The notes beneath the pieces were generated by a model. It did not search any database. It saw only the letters and a program-made list of their open reading frames with translations, and was not told the DNA's origin. The translations under genes were made by a program, and so were the position numbers. From Sminthopsis crassicaudata (Eukaryota), in assembly GCF_048593235.1 (NCBI RefSeq), contig NC_133618.1, positions 676,060,361 to 676,124,360 of the forward strand: a stretch of DNA of 64,000 bases, in the 5' to 3' direction. This document shows, one piece after another, positions 49,212-60,352 of the stretch (the stretch's first letter is position 1; every line of letters starts with the position of its first letter).

Positions 49212-49806
49212 CTGCCAAGAGGAGAGGACCGAGGGTCAATGAGTGCACCCCCTGATGGGAAACTGAACCCCCCGCCCCCCACTTCCCTCCTCCCCACAAC
49301 CGAGCGTCATTGCCGTTCATGGTAATGAAAACTGATTAACGTTGGGTTTTCCATTCGACTGATTATGTGTTTATTGTACTTAGATGTAATGTGTGCAGCG
49401 AGGAAAATATTTAAATTAAATTTCGTGTGGGAACAGAAGCTGTTGGCTGAGCTAAATCATCTCCCTCACTCCTCATCAGCAATGGGCTTTGCTTTGCGTC
49501 CCGGCAGTTTATATTTATCATGTTCCAAGTTTGATGGGAAAAAAGTAATTCATGGACATGGCCATGCTTTAGTTTGGACTGACCTCTTGACCTTTTGACT
49601 GGTTTAGTTCAGAGCATCTTGAGATTGTAGAGAAAGACCTGACAGAGCCCAGGCCCTTTGCTGTGCAAAACAGACCCCCGAACCAAAACTGAGGGCCGGG
49701 AGGGAGAAGGGGCTTAGTGGCTGCACTGGGCGCTGGCAGGATTCGTTCCACCACCCCCGTGGCTCCTATGCCCTGCAGCGGGGATTTTAGGGGCTCCTGG
49801 GGCAGC

Positions 49807-50637
49807 AGGGATCTCAGGGCCTTGCAGCGGGGATCTCGGGGCCTTGGAGCGGGGATCTCGGGGTCTTGGAGCGGGGATCTCGGGGCCTTGGAGCGGGGAT
49901 CTCGGGGCCTTGGAGCGGGGATCTCAGGGCCTTGCAGCGGGGATCTCAGGGCCTTGCAGTGGGGATCTCGGGGCCTTGCAGCGGGGATCTCGGGGCCTTG
50001 GAGCGGGGATCTCGGGGCCTTGGAGCGGGGATCTCGGGGTCTTGGAGCGGGGATCTCAGGGCCTTGCAGCGGGGATCTCGGGGCCTTGGAGCGGGGATCT
50101 CGGGGCCTTGCAGCGGGGATCTCGGGGCCTTGCAGCGGGGATCTCGGGGCCTTGCAGCGGGGATCTCGGGGCCTTGCAGCGGGGATCTCGGGGCCTTGCA
50201 GCGGGGATCTCGGGGCCTTGCAGCGGGGATCTCGGGGCCTTGCAGCGGGGATCTCGGGGCCTTGCAGCGGGGATCTCGGGGCCTTGCAGCGGGGATCTCG
50301 GGGTCTTGCAGCGGGGATCTCGGGGCCTTGCAGCGGGGATCTCGGGGCCTTGCAGCGGGGATCTCGGGGTCTTGCAGCGGGGATCTCGCGGCCTTGCAGC
50401 GGGGATCTCGGGGCCTTGCAGCGGGGATCTCGGGGCCTTGCAGCGGGGATCTCGGGGCCTTGCAGCGGGGATCTCGGGGCCTTGCAGCGGGGATCTCGGG
50501 GCCTTGCAGCGGGGATCTCGGGGCCTTGCAGCGGGGATCTCGGGGTCTTGCAGCGGGGATCTCGCGGCCTTGCAGCGGGGATCTCGGGGCCTTGCAGCGG
50601 GGATCTCGGGGCCTTGCAGCGGGGATCTTGGGGCTCC
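49807..50637. repeat. 22-bp G-rich VNTR, 37 full copies plus a partial copy
   Basis: Unit GGGGATCTCGGGGCCTTGCAGC. 49807-50620 is 814 bp = 37 x 22, so there are no net indels. Confidence 0.98.
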
Positions 50638-51479
50638 CGTTTTTCTGCGGTGGATGCTCTGAGATGATTTCACACAGCTGTACTCTGCCCACGAGGGCTT
50701 TGCGGGACAGTTATTTTTGATGGGTTTTGGACAATCCATTTACATGCATATAAATGAAGAGCTTTTTGGCTCAGTTTCTTGAAGACATCTGGGTCGTCCT
50801 GAAAATCTCTTAGGCTCCCCTTGAGAAAGCGCCGCTGAGATGACTTCCGATGCCTCCCCGTGCGCCAGGACGCCTCCACTCTGCGTTCTTAGTGAAGCAC
50901 CGACACCGTTTCCGCATTTTCCCCTCGTGCCCAGACACAAGCACAACTGCTTGACGGTTCCGTTCAGGGAGGGAGGATTGACTTGGACCCGAGCCGGACT
51001 CAATGGGCCCTCATGCTGGGGCCATGAGGAGAGAGTATGGAGCACTGGTCAGCATCTGCCGTGGATCTTCTTGGCGCTCTGACCGGAAACGTGTCTGTCC
51101 TGCAGATTAGGTGATTCAGATGGAAAAGCGCTTTTGTTTCTCTATGGCTGTTTTCTGCTGCACAGATATTGACTGTCAATGTCCGGCCTTGCCCTTTGAG
51201 CCTTGACCTTTGGGGTCTTAGGCGCTTCACGTGGCATCCCTAGGAGTGGGTCCAGGCAGGAACTTTCCCGCCGTCTTCCTGTTTGGTAACGGGCTAGCTC
51301 CATTCATCCAGCCCATGCAGCCTAGGGAGCAGGCTGATGCCCCCCAGCCAGCGGAGGCCCCCAGAGCTAGGAGAGACCCCAGCCTTCTCCCACTCTGGCT
51401 GCAGAGCTCCTGCTGCGCCTTGTTCTCCAGGACCACGTATTCCAGCCTCAGACAAGTAGGAAGCAAACAGCTTGGCCCG

Positions 51480-51616
51480 CGGATCTGCAGGCCCGGACCT
51501 GGCCCAGCTCCTGGCCCTGTGGCCAGGCAGTCTCCAGGTCTCAGTTTCCTCACCCGAAACAAAGTCCAGACTTGGGCCAGGCGGCCCCTGCGGCCCTGTG
51601 AGCCCCAGATTTAGAG
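51480..51616 (+). mobile_element. Highly GC-shifted MIR remnant
   Basis: Core TCTCAGTTTCCTCACCCGAAA followed by a tail-like TTGGGCCAGGCGGCCCCTGCGGCCCTGTGAGCCCCAGAT. Confidence 0.55.
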
Positions 51617-53476
51617 CCCCGTGCCCTCCCTGAGGCTCCTTTCCACAGCAAAGCCCCTGAAATCTTAGAAATAACAACTTCAGTTACTTGTGGCGCCCAC
51701 CTGCCAGGGAAATGGTTTCTTTCTTTAAAAAAATAAAGACCCCATTTTACTGACAGATGTTGCTCCGGTGTTAAGACTTATCCAGGGTCACACAATTCTT
51801 TAATTCTTATATGCAAAATTTTATCTCAAATTTTGTTTTTGTTTGTGTTTCTTTTTGTTTTTTGTTTTTAATTTTAAATTTGAGTCCTTGATGAATACTA
51901 ATGTTTTGGAATATAACAAAAAATCAATGTATAATAAATGGTAAAATGACACAAGAGCTGATAGATTTGACTTCAGGCCTTCTTGTTGGATGCCTAGGAC
52001 ACTAACCACTGCTCCTCCACTTAGGGTGAGGTGAAACTTAGGAGCAGGAAAGTTCCCTGCATGGGACGAGGAGTCATTTTGTAGAGAATTTCCCTCGATT
52101 TTATTCTTTTCCACTTCCAAGAAGGTCAGAAGTAGCAGCTGAGCTGCTGCAGACAGAGAAGATGGGCGGGCGTTTGGAAGCAGTGGAGATTGTCCCACGC
52201 CCCAGAACCCCGGTCTGAGCTCTGCCTTAGCACTCACGCCTGGGGGGCACCCCGGCTTTTTCTGAAGGCCCTGCCAGAAGAGCACAGTTCCTGCCCGACT
52301 TCACCATGAAGCCTTGGGGGAGCATCCGTTGGAGCCGGACCCCCTGCTGAGAACCCTGACTGGGCGCCTTGGATAGGCTGGCAGCCCCTTGGAAAGAGCA
52401 CCCTCTCCACCGTCTCCTCTGCGCCCCAGAGAAGGAGCCGACTTCCTTGGGGACTTGCGTGGCTGGCTCTGGCCGGGTCATTTCATCCCTCTTGTCATCT
52501 GTGGAACCTGTGGTGCGTTGTGGGGCCTGCCAGGCCACGTTCTTGACTGCCCTTTGGGCTACTTCTAGACAGCGGATCCTTCAGGGGCAGGCAGTGTGTA
52601 GTGAGCAGCTCACCAAGTCCATCCCCTACGATAACGAAGGTCTTTAAAAGGCAGCTCCCAGATCCGAGACTGTTTGTAAGGCTGGAAGTGAGCCAGGGGA
52701 TGGTATTTTAGCAGTCTGGCCCTGATAATTTTCTAAAAGCCTTGCTAGCATATGGCTTAGAGCACTGCTACAGATGCCCTTGGGAAAGAGAATATCTTTA
52801 AGAAATGGTATATTTTTCTATCCGAAATGTGACACATTTCTAGAATTTTAAAATGCGTTCTCTCCGGGGATCTGACATCTTGGGGTTCTCTCGAGTCTTG
52901 TGCTGACTCCAGGGCAAAACAACCAATGGGTGATGGGAAATATCATTAAATGCATCAAATAAAACTGAAGTTATTCTTGGTATCTTCACTCATCCCTGCC
53001 CAAGATCACAGACTAATTTTATCTCTTTGTTCCCACAGTATATAAATATAAAATGAAAGTCACCAATTGGGAAAATCTCCGGGCTCCATGTTTTCCCAAC
53101 AAGGCACCACCTTTGGGTCCTAACCTTAAGTCTCCTGTCCCGTGGTTGCCGTGTGTGGATGCAGAAAGTTGGTAGCTCACTCCCTTGTAGGATTTCACCT
53201 ACATTGGAATCGTCGCGCTTGTGCATGGTGGTCAACACTTTGTCATCTTAGTGTTGGCTAGTCTTCCGGAAAGCATTGGAGTTTGTCTCGTACCTGGGCT
53301 TTGACAAAATGTCCCACAAGACAGCCCTGATTTGGTGTGAGGAAAGACCGGGTTTTGAACCCTGAATATGACTTTTTGTATCTCAGTCTTCCCATTCCTA
53401 AAATCACACCTTAATAACTCCACCAACCTAATAATAGTAGCTGATATTTATTTCTATTTAAGTTTATCCAACCCAG

Positions 53477-53621
53477 GGGGCAGCTGGGTGATGCAGTGGA
53501 TAGAGCACCAGGCCTGAAGTCAGGAGGACCCGAGTTCAAATCTGGTCTCAGACACTTAACACTTCCTAGCTGTGTAACCCTGGGCAAGACACTTAACCCC
53601 AGCCTCAGTGGGGGGAAAAAA
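53477..53621 (+). mobile_element. Full-length WSINE1-type SINE with target-site duplication
   Basis: GGGGCAGCTGGGTGATGCAGTGGATAGAGCACCAGGCCTGAAGTCAGGAGGACCCGAGTTCAAATC (A and B boxes) with a short A tail. TSD TTATCCAACCC at 53464-53474 and 53622-53632. Confidence 0.92.
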
Positions 53622-54080
53622 TTATCCAACCCTGGTCAAAACAACAGCAGTAACTTGGGATGAGGTCTGTAACTTGCTTTCCAGTCTTTGAAGCTTGCAT
53701 CAATATTTGTTACCTTTGGGGTTTTGATAGAATATAAGTCTCTTATAGGATTGGACTTGTCTTATTTGGCTCAGCACCTACAACGCATACAGTAGGTACT
53801 TAATAAATACTTGTTCATTAACATAGCACTACCATTAGCATTAAGAGTATATTTCCCCAGAATTGTTTGGTTTCCCTGTTGTCTGCCATATCATTTTTTA
53901 TCATATTTAGGAGTCTGTCTTTCACTCGTCCTCCACCCTCCCTCCCCTATTTTCTTTTCTTTTTTTTTTTTTTTTTTTTCCTTGCATGAAATATGGAAAA
54001 TCTTGATTAGGAAGGATGCTAGGCTGAGAAGAAAAAGCTATTTAGCAGGATCCACACAAGTAAATGTTACAGAATTTTCA

Positions 54081-54270
54081 TTGTTCACTTATTTCAGTCA
54101 CTTCTTACTCTTCATGACCTCCTGAGGGTTTCTTGGCAAAGATACTGGAGTGGTTTGCATTTCCTCTTCTACTTTATTTTCCAGATAAGGAAACTGAGGC
54201 AGACAGGGACAGGTGACTTGCCCAGGGTCACATGTTCTGGCTCCGGGCCCAGTGCTCCTGGCTGTCCCTA
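54081..54270 (-). mobile_element. Mar1-type marsupial SINE
   Basis: GGGTTTCTTGGCAAAGATACTGGAGTGGTTTGCATTTCC...GATAAGGAAACTGAGGCAGACAGGGACAGGTGACTTGCCCAGGGTCAC. Confidence 0.8.
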
Positions 54271-56035
54271 TGATAGAGAATTCCTGAGTGTCAGAGCCAG
54301 AAGGGACCGTTAGTTAGGCAGGTTCTGTCCTGAACCTTCTACCATGTCCTGGACAAATGGCCCCCCAGCTGCAGCTGAAGGTGGCCAGGAAGTCTCTGGC
54401 TCACAGTGATGCTGTGAGAAGCCAGTAAGATCATAAATTTGAAGCACTGAGTCAACCTCCAAGTGCCAGATAGACTCCAGCTGGTCCTTAAGTCCTTTAA
54501 AGTCGCCGTTTGTAATCAAGCTCTTCCCTGGAAGCTCCGGCAGATCCCCAAGCTTGGGTCACATGGAGCCCCTGCACTGCTAACAAGGAGAGTCTCGTTA
54601 CCTCCATGTTTGCCTCATTATTGTTGAAAAAACCTGCCACCAAAGCGCTCACCTTTCTCATAATTTTTCTTGTTTTTCAAAGGGTCAGCTGCGCTTAAAT
54701 GCACACTCAGTAAAGGAGTCCTCCTGTTGGAAAAATCTTAGAAATCAAAGGAGGGCCTTCGAGCCAGAGTGTTTCCTACTGTCCTGATTTTAGAGATGAG
54801 TAAACCAGAACCCACCGAGGTCCGGCACTTTCTGCCCAGTCTCACTGCCAGGGAGTCTCGAGGCCCAGCCTCGAACCTTGGGCTTTTTGCCAAACCCAGG
54901 GTTTTCTGGGTTTAAGTTTTCTGTTTTAAGTTAAGATACCTAATAATTACACATCAACAGTATATTCCGTGCCTGAAAACCATTCTTACAATGCAGATCA
55001 AAGTGGGACACCATATACATGTACATAGACATACATCCATCTGTGTCTTAATACACACATATCTAGTCCATATAAAATCAAAGAAAGTAGACTATGGATT
55101 CCATGAGTGAAGGAAGAGAATTGAAAAGATTCGGTTCAATTTCAAGGGCCAAAGAACATGAGCATTCCCTAAAGCGGAACGCTTTCAGAAACATGGCCGC
55201 AGGATCGTTGGCCACAGTGGCGGCAGGTGCCGGGGCAGCCCACTGGCCCATCCTTTTCCCTCCTGGCTTGGATCCTCATGGCCATCCTTGTTTTAGTGAT
55301 GGCTCTGGTTTTCTCACTTTACTCATGAGTGATAGACTCCTTAATTCAGTAGAAAGGCTTATTAGTCAAAGACCTTTCCACAATCAGCCCCTTCTGCAGA
55401 TGGCAGAGTGTTGGGGGGGGCAGGGCAGACTCTTCTAGCCAAGACTGTTACTGTGGCCACACAAGTATAGTTTTGGGTTGGTCTACCTATTAATTCAGTG
55501 ATGATCCCGGTCTCAGTTGTCCCATGTGCTAGGGTTTGGAATGATAACTGACTCATAGGATCCTAGATTTATATCTGGGAGAATAATTGGAAGTCTTGGA
55601 GTTCAACCTCCCAAAGTTAAAGGTGAAAGATAAAGAAACTAAGGCCCTGATTTCAGTTCACTAAGCATTTAAATAGGTACTTAAATTCTGGGCATCCAGA
55701 TCTTCCTGGCTCCAAACTCAATATTCTATTCACTATCCGTTTGAAGTAGGGAAAAAATTAAGGGGTTTTTGAAGATGGGGAAGAAAAAATCATATTTTAT
55801 GCATATTGCCATCATCCAGGGCACTTTGTAAAGGGTTTTTCAAAGAAATTATTCTTTTCCTGTAAGGGTCCTTTACATAGGCGCCCACAGTGCAACAGGA
55901 GATTGAGTTACTCAGAAGTAATCTCTGTGGATATAGGACTGCCCTGTGGGTGGGATCCTGTCCACATTGAGATAGTTTAGTAATTGGTGACAGCTCTCTC
56001 GCTGGTTGGCTGTGTGTGTGACCTCACAGGCCCTT

Positions 56036-56416
56036 TGTAACCCCACTGCAGACGCAGTCACTCTCTTTAACCCGGCTCCCTAACCTAGGGTAGCTGAGCC
56101 AAGCTGATGGATAACCGAGAGGTAAGGAGTTTGGTGGAGAACATGTGGGTCTTCAGACCAGGTGTTCACTAGGGAGCTGACAAGTCAGGGCGTTATGTGA
56201 GTAGGTATAATAAAGGCTTTTAAGATTACATGTGGCTGTTCTTGAGCATGCTACCGGTTATTAAACTATAGATTCAAGAGTTTGTGGCCAGAGACCTTTG
56301 AAGGCCTCAGAGGAGGCGAGCCGGGTAGAGTTGACACTGCAAAGGTCAGTGGTCAAAGGTACTCTGTTGGGCCTGGGACAGACTAGTAATTGTAACTGCC
56401 AGGAGGGCATGTTACA
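56036..56416 (+). mobile_element. Probable solo LTR of a marsupial endogenous retrovirus, 381 bp
   Basis: Termini TGTAAC...GTTACA form a perfect 6-bp inverted repeat. AATAAA at 56209-56214. No clear TSD, so the left boundary is uncertain. Confidence 0.6.
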
Positions 56417-59400
56417 TTTTCCTCATTGATAACTGTTTTTACATCACCCTGAGGTATGGATAAATCCTTTCCTTCCTTCTTTCATTTTCCCCTTTTTCTC
56501 TCCTTTCCTTCTTTCCCATTCACCTGACTTCCTCTTCCACAGAACACAGAGTAGGTGGAGAAGTCTTTGGGAATGGCACATGAAGGGTCACAAATACCAG
56601 GTTGGGCAGTTGGTAGTTTAAACAGGTCGCTCTCCCCAGGATCTCCTCATCTGTATTTACTGGCCACCCATGACCCGGCCACGTTTGGGAACGTTACACT
56701 TTTGGACGTTGTGTCTCATTTTCTTGAGATTATCTGACTTCCCATGGTTTCATTTACACATCCTGACTGAGTCAGAGGTTCTTGGAACAAATTTCTGAAA
56801 GTTGGGTGGAGGCTGTCCCTGATTAACCATCGACTCAGACAAACATATGTCTGCTTAAGGAACTCTGAAATTGACTGGCTCCTGATTCAGACATTTGGGG
56901 ACTTTTTTGTAGGATCTGGAGGGATCTCAATGTTCCATTTAGTCAGTTCTACATTATTTTACTGCCAAATAAATTGAGACCCAGAAAGGCTGACTTGGGT
57001 CAGGTAGGCAGGAAGTTGCAGAAGAAGCCTTTGACTCCAAAGCTCTAGTGCCTTTTCTGCTGTTGCAGGGATACTAAGTCAGTCCTAGTTCTTGGATTTG
57101 GGTCCAAACTGGACTTAAGGTGAATTGTATTAAAAGCCAAGCTGGAGATTCTGGAGTGGACCTCTATGGGGGAAAGTCAGGCTGGGGAATCCAGGTCCTG
57201 TCAGCCATCGTTTTTCTGCGTAGGGCCAGTGGTTAGTGCTGGGTAAGGATTGTTCAAAGGGCATTCAATGAGCTTCCCTCCTTTCTAACTTCTTTTGGGG
57301 AATGTCCCTGAATCCAACAACTGGGAAATGAAAGTTTTCTTCCACCTCCTACCCAGGAATACTTCATTAACAGGTCCCAGGGCAGTCCTTGAGATGTGAT
57401 TGCCAATCTGTGTTATGGATTAAATACCCTTTTGGGCCTTTGCCTCCGACCATAAGGAATGCTCATAACAATGTTTCTATAGGAAAGTCCATTCCGCATC
57501 CCATAGAATGGATTCATAAATGAATAATGGCTTGTACTTCCTCGGCTCTTAGAGACGTACAAACGACCATTCTCCCAAATGGTCTGCGAGATTGTTATTG
57601 TTAGTACCGACATTTTGTAGGAAATTAGGTTTACGAGAATCGACGTGATTGCCCCACAGCCACCCAGCTCATTGGTTTCTCCTCTGAGAATCAAGGCTGT
57701 CCTCTCTGATACCACCTTTACAGAAGACTACAAATGTCCATTATTGTAGTTTCCACCATAAGAACCACTGGGTCGCACTGCTGGGAGCTTCTGATCCTCC
57801 TTGTATTTGGGTGATGGCTAGAGTGGATTGGCTGGGAAGAGACTTGTTTGCTTATGCTAAATAAAAGCTTCCTGCCCACATGATGGATGGAGCTTCATCA
57901 TTTCAGACTCTTCTGTCATCGTAACACTTTAACCTATGCTGTGAGCCAGTAGGGATCTTCCCCTTCACAATCCAGTTCAGAAAACTGAGTCTCAGAGAAG
58001 TGCCATAGTCACAGGAAGTCAGATTTGCCCCTCCTCTCCTGTCTACAGATCCACGCAATCTCCCTCACTCATAGGTCGGCCGGGGGTCCCTCTATCTCTG
58101 ATTTCATCCAGATCTAGTCTTGTTGCCCAGGAGTCAGCACCCCAGTAGTTATAGTTAGCCTCTTCATGAATGGAACCTGTTCTTAGCCATCACGCTTTGA
58201 TCACGAAGATGCTGCAGTGACGCATCCCTTTTTCACCCCTCTTGAAGACAGTGTTGACAAATTAACTTTTATGCTTCCAAAAGCCCTCCAAAAGTGTCGC
58301 AGCTATAACTTTGCGCAGCCTCTGGCTATTGGGGAGGCTTTAATTGTCTGGATTTTTATTATCCAGAGTAAAAATCCAACCTGAAAATAACAGTTGTTGC
58401 TCCAACTGCCCGTGCTGCTAGTTTAAGAAATTAAAATTGATGAACCGCCTTCATACCAATTCCAAAGCAGGTACGTGGACCATGGCCTGCTTCCCTCATT
58501 TTCCTTCCCCTTCTCCCCATATTTCCCTCTCTACTTCCTCTCATCACTCCTTCTCGTCCTTCTCAGTTTCCTTTGTGTCTTCCTCCTTTCCCAAAAGAAA
58601 ATAAGATAGTAGGAAAAATAGGTAGATGAGTTCAATTTTTGGCCTGTGTTTGTCTGCTACCAGATTGGCGAAGTTCTGGAGATCCAGGCCTCTGGTTTTA
58701 ATCGCACTTTAACAATTTTGAAACTCGTTTTCAAAAAGGCTGTAGGTGGTGAACACCGTATTTCCCTTTCATTGAAGGTAGTCGGAGCAGCTTTTCGCAA
58801 GGTACTGAATTGATTCGCTTGTTTTCTTGGAAGAGAAACAAATCTTCATCTGGGTTTTATTAAAAATTGATACCAATGGAAATCTGATAGGTCGGCGTTA
58901 CCAAGGCAAATGCAATTATATATGTAAATTGATTCGATTAGATTATAACCTGCTGATGATGCGCTTCTGACTAGCAGGGGGTTTTATGTTTGGCACCTAT
59001 AATTTTTTGTTTTCTGAGCATTGTGGATGGTAAATAGCTATTGAAACTTTTCATCTTTTATTTATAATTTTCTTTGATGTATTTTTAAGAGAAGCTCAAG
59101 TAACTAGATTCTCAACCCAAATTGTTTTTTTCATGGGACCGGGGTTCTTTTTGTTTTATTCATTACAGATCTTGGCTGATGTTTGTTTACCCATAAATGC
59201 TATAGAATTCTTCCTTCTCCATTTTCCAGTCTTATAGTTGGTCTTCTTTTGGACTTTGGAAAATAGAGGTAATCCGTGGGGTTCAATTTTGAAGTCTCTG
59301 TAGTTGTATTCAATAACCCCCATTCCATTTGCCCCTGATACTTGGACACATCAGGCCTATTTGACTAAAAGCATCGGTATAGGGAAGACTAAACTCCTTA

Positions 59401-60264
59401 GAGGAACTTCCCTTCAAGGAGTATCCTTTTAAAATCTGTCCTCCGAAGTTCATTGGTTGTTCATTTCTTTATAGCCTGTCAATGAAAATTGCTCACTCAA
59501 AAGCTTAGCTTCTGTTAATTAACTAATTAGTTTAATCAGTCATGACATTTTCATACTTTAGTAGGCATTGGGAAAAAGATGAAAAATGTAAACAATGAAA
59601 ATTAGTGTATTAGAGCTTATTCTGGTAGAGTCCCTGAGTTTTTCTGCTTTTTGCTCCCTATGTCACTTGGGGAAATTTTTGATTCCTTCTCTGGACCTCA
59701 ACTTTTTATTCGTAAAATGACACGCTTGGATGTGCTGTCTTTAATGTCATTTTGAGGTCCCCTTAAGGTTTCAAACAGATGACACCGGACACAGAACAAC
59801 CTCCACAAATTCTTAGTGGTTGGATGATTGATGGCACTGACCAAATTCCATTATGAAGCCCAAATGAGTCCTGGAAAGGGGTCACCTGAGTGAGCATAGT
59901 TCAGGGCCTGTTTTTAAGGCAGACTGAGGCCTTGAGCTTTGCTTGAGACTCGCTGCAGCTCATTAAGGCAGAGCTAGTCCCCAGGGGCCAATTCACTGCT
60001 CCTTCTCCTGGAAGGGACATCCTGGATGGATTCCCTTCTCTCTGAGACCCCTTCAGCCACCATGTGCTGCTCTCCATTGCTCATGGTTTCAGTGCCAGGT
60101 GGTTGTCCCCATCAGCAGAGAATTTGATGTTTCTAGAGGCACATGGCGACATCCTTCCCAAACATCCAGAATTAATCTCCTTTCCAGTTGGGTTTGCCCA
60201 ACCCCAGGCTCGTAAGATCAAGAGCTCCCACGATCGTGTGAGCTCCTGGAGGCCACAGTCCAGC

Positions 60265-60352
60265 CTTTGTCCCTGTCTGTATTTCCAGAGCTTAGCATAG
60301 AGCCTGGCACCTAGCGGGTGCTTAATAAATGTCCATCAATGGATTGATTGAT
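60265..60352 (+). mobile_element. L2 LINE 3' terminus
   Basis: CTGTATTTCCAGAGCTTAGCATAGAGCCTGGCACCTAGCGGGTGCTTAATAAATG followed by a (GATT)n tail. Confidence 0.75.

Noticed and set aside
49717-50739. 227-316 aa ORFs in five frames
   Set aside because: They are translations of the 22-bp VNTR, which is stop-free in most frames.
57413-57715. 100-aa minus-strand ORF containing GLSYR, like the INSYN2A exon
   Set aside because: The match is only 5 residues and the surroundings are unrelated. The true GLSYRTGQDTANC exon with splice sites is at 49140-49211.
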